Below, in pieces: positions 29,282-37,754 of a stretch of DNA of 42,220 nt (its first letter is position 1; every line of letters starts with the position of its first letter). The position numbers and the translations under genes are program-made. This stretch comes from Candidatus Parcubacteria bacterium (GTDB lineage: Bacteria; Patescibacteriota; Minisyncoccia; Minisyncoccales; JAGMDC01): contig JAGMDC010000007.1 in NCBI GenBank assembly GCA_023128895.1, positions 1-42,220 on the forward strand, given 5' to 3'. The notes beneath the pieces were generated by a model, which was given only the letters and a program-made list of their open reading frames with translations, searched no databases and was not told the origin of the DNA.

Positions 29282-30666
29282 AAATTTTTGACAAAAAAAC
29301 AAAAAGCATTAATTGGGCTGCTTTTATATTAGCCACAGCGTTTTTAATAAGCGCGGTTTTAGGGCTAATAAGGGACAGATTATTAGCAAGCAGTTTCGGC
29401 GCTGGCGATGAATTAGACATATATTATGCCGCGTTCAGAATACCTGATTTTATTATTATGGTTTTGCTGATGGGCGCTATTTCAGCCGCAATAATCCCGA
29501 TTTTTACAGAACAGTTAATCAAGTCCAAAGAAACCGCGTGGAAATATTTTTCCAACCTGTTAAATTTATTTTTAATTATTTTAATAATATCCTGCGGAAT
29601 TTTGTTTATATTCGCGCCGCAAATTATTTCTATTATTGCCTCTGGATTTTCTGAAGATAAAAAACTTCTTACCATCGCGCTTACAAGAATTATGCTTATA
29701 AGCCCGATTCTCTTGGGGATGAGTAATATCATTTCCGGAATTTTAAGGGTTTTTAACAGATTTTTAATCACAGCCCTGTGCCCTATTATGTATAACTTGG
29801 GAATTATTTTTGGAATTATGTTCTTTGTCCCTTATATGGGGCTCAAAGGCCTTGCCTGGGGCGTGGTATTAGGCGGCGGACTGCATTTGCTGATACAAAT
29901 TCCTATTTTATGCAAACTCGGATTTGCTCCCGGTAAAATTCTTAACTTTCGCGAACCAAATTTTATTAAAACAATAAAATTAACAATACCCAGATCTATT
30001 GGATTAATGGCTAACCAGATTAATCTTATAGTGGTAACTGTTATCGCGTCCGGCTTAGCAAAAGGAAGTTTAGGTATTTTCAATTTGGCGGAAGGATTGA
30101 GCCGCCCTATTCTTAGTTTAATAGCTGTTTCTTTTTCTGTTGCGGCTTTCCCAGCGCTAAGTTTGTCATTTTCCAAGAACAACCAGAAAAAATTCCAAAA
30201 GATATTTAATTCTGTATTCTATAAAATCCTATTTTCAAGTTTAGGCTTAAGCGCGCTTCTCTTTATATTCAGACAGGCAATAGTGGATATTATTTATCAT
30301 ACTGGAAAATTTGAAGCAATGCACAGCGCTCTTTGTTCCGCTTGCTTGGGAATGTTTTGTATCGGGATTTTCGCGCAAGGACTGGTTCTTTTATTGGCAA
30401 AAGCATTTTACGCGCGGCAAAACACTAAAATTCCGGCTTTTGCGAGCATTATGGCGGCATTAATAAATATTATTCTCTGCTTTTACTTTGTTCATTTGCT
30501 TTCATTTGCTAATAATTTCCAGCAAGGAATAATAAAATTTTTGGATATACAGGGCCTGCAGAATATTGAAATCATTGGACTTCCATTAGCCCTGTCTATT
30601 TCAAGCATATTCCAATTCTGTCTGCTTTTAATCTTTTTCAAATACAAACAAAAACAACCACAATAG
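29275..30666 (+). CDS. murJ: Lipid II flippase MurJ
   Basis: LGLIRDRLLA..FGAG, YYAAFRIPD, GAISAA.IP.F, AFYARQNTK.P. Confidence 0.92.
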   Translation: MLKIFDKKTKSINWAAFILATAFLISAVLGLIRDRLLASSFGAGDELDIYYAAFRIPDFIIMVLLMGAISAAIIPIFTEQLIKSKETAWKYFSNLLNLFLIILIISCGILFIFAPQIISIIASGFSEDKKLLTIALTRIMLISPILLGMSNIISGILRVFNRFLITALCPIMYNLGIIFGIMFFVPYMGLKGLAWGVVLGGGLHLLIQIPILCKLGFAPGKILNFREPNFIKTIKLTIPRSIGLMANQINLIVVTVIASGLAKGSLGIFNLAEGLSRPILSLIAVSFSVAAFPALSLSFSKNNQKKFQKIFNSVFYKILFSSLGLSALLFIFRQAIVDIIYHTGKFEAMHSALCSACLGMFCIGIFAQGLVLLLAKAFYARQNTKIPAFASIMAALINIILCFYFVHLLSFANNFQQGIIKFLDIQGLQNIEIIGLPLALSISSIFQFCLLLIFFKYKQKQPQ

Positions 30667-30675
30667 GTTATTTCT

Positions 30676-30750
30676 TGGAGCGGGTGATGGGAATCGAACC
30701 CACATCGCAACCTTGGAAGGGTTGTGTAATAACCATTATACAACACCCGC
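30676..30750 (-). tRNA. tRNA-Gly(TCC), CCA encoded
   Basis: Cloverleaf GCGGGTG.../CAACC-CTTCCAA-GGTTG/GGTTCGATTCC/CACCCGC-T-CCA. Confidence 0.95.
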
Positions 30751-30774
30751 CTTCGTCCCTTCGGGACTTCGGCG
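30748..30774. repeat. REP-like hairpin in the tRNA spacer
   Basis: CGCC-ttc-GTCCC-ttc-GGGAC-ttc-GGCG. Confidence 0.5.
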
Positions 30775-30802
30775 TAGCAAGCCCGCATATCACTATATTT
30801 TG

Positions 30803-30873
30803 TCGGGGTACTCAGATTCGAACTGAGATTAAATCCTCCCAAAGGACTCGTGCTGCCGTTGCACTATACCCCG
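30803..30873 (-). tRNA. tRNA-Pro(TGG), CCA not encoded
   Basis: CGGGGTA/TACCCCG-A acceptor (C1-G72, A73), AGTCC-TTTGGGA-GGATT, TTCGAAT loop. Confidence 0.92.
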
Positions 30874-30933
30874 TGTTTAAATAACTTGTTGTTATTCTTT
30901 TATAATATAGTATAATAAAATATAATATACAAG

Positions 30934-31920
30934 ATGTTTTTCAAAAAAAATCTAAGCCAATTGAATATCGCCGCGCAATGCAGAAAAAACGGGCTTCCTT
31001 TACACCAATGTCCCCAAATTATTTTTCTCATTATGGGAATAATAATAATCGGGACAATGATTTCCTTTTACGCTATTGGAATGCATTGGATAGAAGACCC
31101 CGCAACAGTTGCTTTAATTATTTCAATAATCACCATTGTTTTGTTAATACTAAGTTTTATTATCACTCGAAGCTTTGAACGGTTAGCAGAAGCATCGCGG
31201 ATGAAAACAGAATTTATCAATATTGTTTCCCACCAGCTCCGCTCCCCTTTGACAAACTTAAAATGGGCGACTGATTTTTTGAAAACAGCGACATTAAACA
31301 AATTAGACGAATCAGAAACAGAATTTTTCTATGTTTTGGAAGAAAACTGCAAAAGAATGAATGAATTAATAAATAACCTGTTGACTGTTTCCAGAATTGA
31401 GCAAAAGCGGTTAATAGAAAATAAAAAAATTGTTTCTCTGCCAAGATTATTAAAAGAAATAATTAAGGAAAGCAATGCTTTTGCGATTGCGTCAAATGTG
31501 ACAATAAAAACAGAAATTGAAGAAAAAATTCCTGAAATTTACTGCACACGCTCTCTTATTAAGACAGTGATAGAGAATCTTATAAACAACGCTATTCACT
31601 ATTCTTCTGCTAAAGACAACTCTGAACCGCAAAAAAAAATAGTAGAAATAAAATTAAATAAGAGAGGCAAGAATATTTATCTTGAGATACAAGATTATGG
31701 CATAGGCATTCCGGAAGAAGATAAAAAATTTATTTTTGAAAAATTTTTCAGGTCTAAAAATGTTTCAAAGCATCAAACCAGGGGAAGCGGGTTAGGACTT
31801 TTTATTGCCAAATCCATAGTAAAAAAAATGAACGGAAAAATAGGATTTCAATCAAAACAAAATCAGGGAACAACTTTTTGGTTCACATTGCCAATTAAAA
31901 AATTAAAACTTGAAACATAA
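30934..31920 (+). CDS. Sensor histidine kinase (2 TM, HisKA + HATPase)
   Basis: SHQLRSPL, NLINNA, DYGIGI, IFEKFFR, GSGLGL. Confidence 0.93.
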   Translation: MFFKKNLSQLNIAAQCRKNGLPLHQCPQIIFLIMGIIIIGTMISFYAIGMHWIEDPATVALIISIITIVLLILSFIITRSFERLAEASRMKTEFINIVSHQLRSPLTNLKWATDFLKTATLNKLDESETEFFYVLEENCKRMNELINNLLTVSRIEQKRLIENKKIVSLPRLLKEIIKESNAFAIASNVTIKTEIEEKIPEIYCTRSLIKTVIENLINNAIHYSSAKDNSEPQKKIVEIKLNKRGKNIYLEIQDYGIGIPEEDKKFIFEKFFRSKNVSKHQTRGSGLGLFIAKSIVKKMNGKIGFQSKQNQGTTFWFTLPIKKLKLET

Positions 31921-31989
31921 AACTTGAAACATAAATCCCTGTTTATACTATTTATATTTTAAGTTCCAAGTTCCAAGTTTCAAAAATTG

Positions 31990-32358
31990 ATGAAAACAAT
32001 ATTATTTATTGAAGACGAATCCGCTCTTCAAAAAACTTTTGGAGAAATTTTAAAGAGGGAAGGGTATAAAATGATTTCCGCGTTAGACGGAGAAACCGGC
32101 TTAAAATTATGTAAAACGGAAAAACCAGACCTGGTTATATTAGACCTCATACTGCCCAAACTCCATGGGTTTGAAATTCTGAAAAAAGTCAAAGCAGATG
32201 AAGAAATAAAAGATATCCCTATTATTGTTTTGACTAATTTAGAAACAATGGCGGATGTGGAAAAAGCCATTGAATTAGGGGCAATGACTTATTTGGTAAA
32301 AGCGAATTACAGTCTGGAAGAAGTGATAAACAAAGTCAAAAAAGCGTTGGGAGCATGA
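31990..32358 (+). CDS. Single-domain response regulator (CheY-like)
   Basis: IEDE, LVILDLILP, IIVLT, YLVK; no output domain. Confidence 0.92.
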   Translation: MKTILFIEDESALQKTFGEILKREGYKMISALDGETGLKLCKTEKPDLVILDLILPKLHGFEILKKVKADEEIKDIPIIVLTNLETMADVEKAIELGAMTYLVKANYSLEEVINKVKKALGA

Positions 32359-34109
32359 GAGTTGAACCGCAACAATTAAAAGCTTTTTTATTAGATGCTG
32401 GACTGGTGAGCGAAGAACAATTTAAAAAAGCTTTAAAAAAAGCAAAAGACGCTAATAAAAAAATTGGCGATTTTTTAGTTTCAGACGGGCTAATTTCTGA
32501 AAATAATTTAATAAAATTAGAAGCGTATATATTGGGAATTCCTTTTGTAAATTTAGAAAAAGAAACAATAATTCCCGAAATTTTAAAAATTATTCCTGAA
32601 CCAATTGCTCGATCGCATAATATTGTTGCTTTTAGAAAAAAACAAGGTGTTCTTGAAGTGGCTATGCTTAACCCGGAGGATCTGTCAACTATTGAATTTA
32701 TAAAGAAGAAAACGAATCTGAAAATTTTGCCCCGATTGACAACAACTGAAAGTATTAAGCATATCCTGCGCCAATATCAAAAAAGCTTAAAAGCGGAATT
32801 TGGAGAAATTATTAAAAAAGAATCAAAAACCGCAGCATCTATAAAACTTAAAAAAGAAGGGGAAAAAGAGCGGGGTGATTTAAGAAAAGTAGCTGAAGAA
32901 CTGCCGGTAATAAAAATCGTTGATACTCTTGTCAAACACGCTATTCTGCAAAAGGCGTCGGACATCCATATTGAACCCTGTGAAAAAGAAATTATTGTCC
33001 GTTATAGGATTGACGGGATTTTGCGCGACGCTATGACTCTGCCCAAAAAAGCCGCGTCCGGGATTGTAGCGAGAATTAAGGTTCTATCTAAATTAAAATT
33101 AGACGAACACCGCCTGCCCCAGGACGGCAGATTTAAGATTGAAAGCCAGGATTTTAAATATTCTATCAGGGTGTCTATCTTGCCTGTGTTTAACGGCGAA
33201 AAAATTGTAATGCGGCTTTTGTCTGAAAATTCCCAATCCCACAATAATTTAGAATCTCTGGGTTTGAGGGGCGATGCCCTGGAAGAGATACAAACAAATT
33301 TAAGAAAGCCGGTAGGAATGATTTTAGTCACGGGGCCTACTGGAAGCGGCAAAACAACTACTCTGTATTCTGTTTTAGATATATTAAACACTCCAAAAGT
33401 TAATATTTCCACAGTGGAAGACCCTGTGGAATATAGAATGCCAAGAATCAACCAGACACAAATCAAGCCAAAAATCGGGTTAACTTTTGCCGCCGGGCTT
33501 CGCTCGTTGGTAAGACAGGATCCTGATATTATTATGGTCGGAGAAATAAGAGACAAAGAAACAGCCGGCTTGAGCATTAACGCGGCGCTCACCGGCCATC
33601 TAGTTTTGTCCACATTGCATACCACTAACGCCGCCGGAGCCATCACCAGGTTAATAGATATGGGAGCCGAGCCGTTTCTGATATCCTCCACCTTAAATGT
33701 AATTTTAGCCCAGCGATTAGTGCGGCGCTTGTGCGATGAAAAAGAGAAATATTATCTAACCAACACAGACATAAAAAACCTTGGGAAACACTGTAATACT
33801 GATGACATTTTACGAATTTTAAAACTGGAAAAAATAATAAAGCAAAACCAAACTTTGAGAAAAACCGCGTTTTACAAACCAAAACCTTCTAAAAACTGTG
33901 CTGACGGGTATAAAGGCAGAATAGGAATTTATGAGGTTTTGCCTGTTACTGAAGTGATAAAAGAACTAATTATAAAAGGAACTGATTCCAACGAAATCCA
34001 GAAGCACGCGCGAAAGCAAGGAATGAGAACAATGATAGAGGACGGGTTTGTTAAAGCGGCGCAGGGTATGACAAGTATTGAAGAAGTCCTGCGCGTAATC
34101 GTAGAATGA
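32355..34109 (+). CDS. pilB: Type IV pilus assembly ATPase PilB/GspE
   Basis: ASDIHIEP, RLPQDGR, GPTGSGKTT, TVEDPVE, RQDPDIIMVGEIRD, TGHLVLSTLH. Confidence 0.92.
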   Translation: MRVEPQQLKAFLLDAGLVSEEQFKKALKKAKDANKKIGDFLVSDGLISENNLIKLEAYILGIPFVNLEKETIIPEILKIIPEPIARSHNIVAFRKKQGVLEVAMLNPEDLSTIEFIKKKTNLKILPRLTTTESIKHILRQYQKSLKAEFGEIIKKESKTAASIKLKKEGEKERGDLRKVAEELPVIKIVDTLVKHAILQKASDIHIEPCEKEIIVRYRIDGILRDAMTLPKKAASGIVARIKVLSKLKLDEHRLPQDGRFKIESQDFKYSIRVSILPVFNGEKIVMRLLSENSQSHNNLESLGLRGDALEEIQTNLRKPVGMILVTGPTGSGKTTTLYSVLDILNTPKVNISTVEDPVEYRMPRINQTQIKPKIGLTFAAGLRSLVRQDPDIIMVGEIRDKETAGLSINAALTGHLVLSTLHTTNAAGAITRLIDMGAEPFLISSTLNVILAQRLVRRLCDEKEKYYLTNTDIKNLGKHCNTDDILRILKLEKIIKQNQTLRKTAFYKPKPSKNCADGYKGRIGIYEVLPVTEVIKELIIKGTDSNEIQKHARKQGMRTMIEDGFVKAAQGMTSIEEVLRVIVE

Positions 34110-34136
34110 TGATTTTTCACAAATTATGAATTAAAT

Positions 34137-34163
34137 AAAAACAGGGGAATTCCCCTGTTTTTT
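34137..34163. terminator. Bidirectional terminator (pilB / pilin)
   Basis: AAAAACAGGGG-aatt-CCCCTGTTTTTT. Confidence 0.85.
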
Positions 34164-34190
34164 AATCTGAAATAATCGCTGAAACCATTT

Positions 34191-34655
34191 TTACCAACAA
34201 TCAAGACCAGTAACGCTAGGCGAAGTAGTTAAATCCATTCTTGCTCCTTTATGGGAAGCGGCATAATATGTCCCATCCTCTTTATCATTTTTCGCCCAAA
34301 CACAAAATCTTTGGTCAGCGCCCGCAGCAGTATTATCTACCCAATTATAAGCCCTCCCGCTAGTTGGATCGTCTGGCATTCCTGACGCCGGCATATAGGT
34401 GCCAATACCGCCTGCTTTAGCGGCGGTATAGTTTAAATATGCGGGATACTTATCATTAGCAACATCGCTGTAAAATAATTCACAGGCAGTTCCCATCTGC
34501 CTCATATCCGACTGCCTTCGCGCGTCTCGCGCTTTTGCTCTGGCTCCTCCCATTGAAACCAGCACAATTGACGATAAAATTCCAATAATGGAAATAACAA
34601 CCAATAATTCAATCAATGTGAAACCTTTATGTTTTCTAGCAAATATTTTTAACAT
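34191..34655 (-). CDS. Type IV major pilin-like protein, copy 2
   Basis: KG|[25 protein letters not shown]-terminal Cys. Confidence 0.9.
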   Translation of the reverse strand: MLKIFARKHKGFTLIELLVVISIIGILSSIVLVSMGGARAKARDARRQSDMRQMGTACELFYSDVANDKYPAYLNYTAAKAGGIGTYMPASGMPDDPTSGRAYNWVDNTAAGADQRFCVWAKNDKEDGTYYAASHKGARMDLTTSPSVTGLDCW

Positions 34656-34751
34656 AATTAGATTGTCAATGATTAATGCTCAATAATCAGTGACAAATAA
34701 TAAATTATTAATTTTGTCCGACCTTTGATTATATTATTTTTAATATATTTT

Positions 34752-34788
34752 ATAATACCATGTTCTAAAAAAAAGTTGTTGTGGATAA
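34752..34788 (-). promoter_or_regulatory. Pilin copy 2 promoter with DnaA box
   Basis: Minus strand TTATCCACA (34788-80), T8 tract, TGgTATTAT. Confidence 0.55.
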
Positions 34789-34819
34789 CTTTTTAGTTTC
34801 CGCGGGCTGTAAATTAAAT

Positions 34820-34846
34820 AAAAACAGGGGAATCCCCCTGTTTTTT
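34820..34846. terminator. Terminator of pilin copy 1 (duplicate of 34137-34163)
   Basis: AAAAACAGGGG-aatc-CCCCTGTTTTTT. Confidence 0.8.
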
Positions 34847-34873
34847 AATCTAAATAAATAAACTATATCAATT

Positions 34874-35338
34874 TTACCAGCAAGCGCAAGTCGTTGGAAC
34901 GGTGGTTAAATCCATTCTCGCTCCTTTATGAGAAGCGGCAAACCATGTTGCGCCATCATCTGATTTCGCAAAAACGCAAAATTTTTGATCATCATTGCAA
35001 CCACCAATACCAGCAGTATTATCTATCCAGACATAAGTATTACTGCCGGGATCAGCTGGCATTCCTGACGCTGGCATATAAGTGCCAATACCTCCTGCTT
35101 TAGCAAGTGCATAGGTTGCGTATTGAGGATACTTATCATTAGCAACGTCGCTGTAAAATAATTCACAGGCAGTTCCCATTTGCCTCATATCTGACTGTCT
35201 CCGCGCGTCTCTGGCTTTTGCTCTTGCTCCTCCCATCGAAACCAGCACAATTGACGATAAAATTCCAATAATGGAAATAACAACCAATAATTCAATCAAT
35301 GTGAAACCTTTATGTTTTCTAGCAAATATTTTTAACAT
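34874..35338 (-). CDS. Type IV major pilin-like protein, copy 1
   Basis: First 71 aa identical to copy 2. Confidence 0.9.
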   Translation of the reverse strand: MLKIFARKHKGFTLIELLVVISIIGILSSIVLVSMGGARAKARDARRQSDMRQMGTACELFYSDVANDKYPQYATYALAKAGGIGTYMPASGMPADPGSNTYVWIDNTAGIGGCNDDQKFCVFAKSDDGATWFAASHKGARMDLTTVPTTCACW

Positions 35339-35452
35339 AATTAGATTGTCAATGATTAATGCTCAATAATCAGTGACAAATAATAAATTATTAATTTTGT
35401 CCGACCTTTGATTATATTATTTTTAATATATTTTATATTGTTCTACACTCTC

Positions 35453-35490
35453 ATAATACCATGTTCTAAAAAAAAAGTTGTTGTGGATAA
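35453..35490 (-). promoter_or_regulatory. Pilin copy 1 promoter with DnaA box
   Basis: Minus strand TTATCCACA (35490-82), T9 tract, TGgTATTAT. Confidence 0.55.
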
Positions 35491-35505
35491 CTTTTTGCTA
35501 AAGGG

Positions 35506-35533
35506 TTGACAAATATGATTAAAAAAATATAAT
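35506..35533 (+). promoter_or_regulatory. Consensus sigma70 promoter of the acidic peptide gene
   Basis: TTGACA, 16 nt, TATAAT. Confidence 0.75.
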
Positions 35534-35590
35534 GGTGGTATATCCTGAAAAGGTCGAATATAATTAGATAATGAATTTTAAAAAAATAAT

Positions 35591-35716
35591 ATGGAATACG
35601 AAACTTTAATTAGTCAGGCCCCAGTCGAAGGTGAAGGCGAAGAAACTCCTGCAACTCCTGAAACAGGAGAAGAGGGAGAAAAAAAAGAGGAAGGAACTTC
35701 TGACAACGACCTGTAA
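35591..35716 (+). CDS. 41-aa acidic peptide (not in ORF track)
   Basis: MEYETLISQAPVEGEGEETPATPETGEEGEKKEEGTSDNDL*; has its own promoter and terminator. Confidence 0.7.
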   Translation: MEYETLISQAPVEGEGEETPATPETGEEGEKKEEGTSDNDL

Positions 35717-35725
35717 ATCTCAAAT

Positions 35726-35752
35726 TCAAAAACCCCCATTGGGGGTTTTTGA
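35726..35752 (+). terminator. Intrinsic terminator
   Basis: TCAAAAACCCCC-att-GGGGGTTTTTGA. Confidence 0.85.
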
Positions 35753-35810
35753 TTACTATATTATATGTTTATATGCTAAAATATTTATATATTAATATGA
35801 TTTCATAATT

Positions 35811-37754
35811 ATGGTTCAAAGAAAATTCCACAGAGAAATATACAAAGAAAGTAAAAAAAAGAAAGGTGCAAAAATATTAGTGAAATTTTTTTTCTCCTGT
35901 TTTTTTATTTTTGTTTTCAGTATCCTCGCATTATTTGTCTATTATGCGAAAGAGCTTCCAAGGCCTGAAAAATTCACGGAAAGGCAATTTAATGAATCCA
36001 CAAAAATATACGACAAAACAGGCGAAATTCTTTTATACAAGATATACGGCGAAGAAAAAAGAACAATAGTTCCTTTGAACGAAATTTCCGAGAATTTAAA
36101 AAACGCTGTAATAGCAATAGAAGACAAAAATTTTTATAATCATCACGGGATTGATTTCAAAGGAACAATGCGCGCCATATCTGTGAACTTAAAATCAAAA
36201 AAACCGAGCCAGGGCGGGTCAACTATCACGCAGCAGCTTATCAGGTCAACGTTTTTAACCAGAACAAAGACAATTGAAAGAAAAATAAGGGAAATTATTT
36301 TAACAATAGAAATTGAAAAAAAATATTCCAAAGACCAGATATTGGAATGGTATCTTAATCAGGTTCCGTTTGGGAGTAATGCTTACGGCGCGGAAGCCGC
36401 GAGCCAAACATATTTCAAAAAACCGGCAAAAGACCTCACAATAGAAGAATCAGCTGTTTTGGCCGGCTTAATACGCGCCCCAAGTTATCTGTCGCCTTAT
36501 GGAAAAAATAAAGATGAATTGCTAATCCGCAAAAACCATATTCTGAAAAAAATGGCTGAACGTAACTATATTTCAGAAGAACAAGCGAACCAAGCCATAG
36601 AAAAAGAAATCATATTTGCTCCGAATATAACAGAAATCAAAGCCCCGCATTTCACGCTTTATGTGAAAAAACTTTTAGAGGAAAAATACAGCGAAAGTTT
36701 CTTAAAAGAAAAGGGGTTAAAGGTCTATACTTCATTAAACTGGAATTTGCAGAAAATAGCAGAGCAAGTGATAGAACAAGGTGTTGAAACCAATGTAAAG
36801 TATTATAACGCGCATAACGCGGCTTTAGTTGCCATAGACCCGAATACCGGCGAAATCATGGCTATGAAGGGCTGCAAAGATTATTTTGGCAACGTAGAAC
36901 CAGAGGGATGTATTGCCGGAAAAAATTGCTTGTTTGAACCAGAAGTAAACATAGCGATTTACGGCATAGGCAGACAGCCCGGCTCAACCTTCAAGCCGTT
37001 TGCTTATGTAACTGCTTTTAGCAAGGGCTACACAAAGAATACAATAGTTGTGGATAGAAAAACTAACTTTGGAAAATATGGGACTAATAAAAATTATATT
37101 CCGCAAAATTACGACGGACTTTTCAGGGGGCCCGTTACATTAAAAACAGCGCTTGCCCAATCGTTAAATGTGCCCGCGGTAAAGGTTTTGGTAAATTTGG
37201 CTGGGATAGGCGACAGTATTAAAACAGCGCAAAATTTAGGCATCACAACATTAAAGCCGCCTTATGGCGCTTCTATTGTATTAGGCGGCTGGGAAGTAAG
37301 ATTATTGGAGATAACCTCGGCTTATGGAGTTTTCGCCGCTGACGGGCTAAAAATACCGCCTGTGAGTATCTTAAAAATTGAGGACAGCAAAGGAAATATT
37401 ATTTTTGAAAATGAAAAAACCCCTCAAAGGGTTTTAGGAACTAAAGAAACAAGAACCTTGAACAGTATTTTATCAGACAATAAAGCGAGGTCTCCTATGT
37501 TTGGGTCTAATTCTAATTTATATATAAGAGATTATCAAGTTGCGGGCAAGACAGGGACAACAGAGGAGTATAAAGACGCTTGGACATTAGGATATACGCC
37601 TTCTCTGGTATGCGGGGTCTGGGCAGGGAACAATAACGGAACTGTTATGGCTAAAAAACCCGCTGTCACTATTGCCGGGCATATTTGGAAAAATTTTATG
37701 ACCCAAACCCTTCCATTATTTCCCAAACAAAATTTCCCGCCAATAAATAACTAA
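35811..37754 (+). CDS. Class A penicillin-binding protein (PBP1A family)
   Basis: EDKNFYNHHG, GGSTITQQL, RKIRE; SxxK (STFK), SLN, KTG. Confidence 0.95.
   Translation: MVQRKFHREIYKESKKKKGAKILVKFFFSCFFIFVFSILALFVYYAKELPRPEKFTERQFNESTKIYDKTGEILLYKIYGEEKRTIVPLNEISENLKNAVIAIEDKNFYNHHGIDFKGTMRAISVNLKSKKPSQGGSTITQQLIRSTFLTRTKTIERKIREIILTIEIEKKYSKDQILEWYLNQVPFGSNAYGAEAASQTYFKKPAKDLTIEESAVLAGLIRAPSYLSPYGKNKDELLIRKNHILKKMAERNYISEEQANQAIEKEIIFAPNITEIKAPHFTLYVKKLLEEKYSESFLKEKGLKVYTSLNWNLQKIAEQVIEQGVETNVKYYNAHNAALVAIDPNTGEIMAMKGCKDYFGNVEPEGCIAGKNCLFEPEVNIAIYGIGRQPGSTFKPFAYVTAFSKGYTKNTIVVDRKTNFGKYGTNKNYIPQNYDGLFRGPVTLKTALAQSLNVPAVKVLVNLAGIGDSIKTAQNLGITTLKPPYGASIVLGGWEVRLLEITSAYGVFAADGLKIPPVSILKIEDSKGNIIFENEKTPQRVLGTKETRTLNSILSDNKARSPMFGSNSNLYIRDYQVAGKTGTTEEYKDAWTLGYTPSLVCGVWAGNNNGTVMAKKPAVTIAGHIWKNFMTQTLPLFPKQNFPPINN

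Noticed and set aside
30492-30884. ORFs 30492-30842 (-) and 30675-30884 (+)
   Set aside because: They overlap the two tRNA genes and are shadow ORFs
34191-35338. Diversity-generating retroelement template/variable repeat pair
   Set aside because: Both copies are complete genes, differences include indels and are not adenine-specific, and no reverse transcriptase is in the window
35571-35609. 12-codon ORF overlapping the acidic peptide start as a leader peptide
   Set aside because: Very short with no informative codon run or attenuator; likely chance
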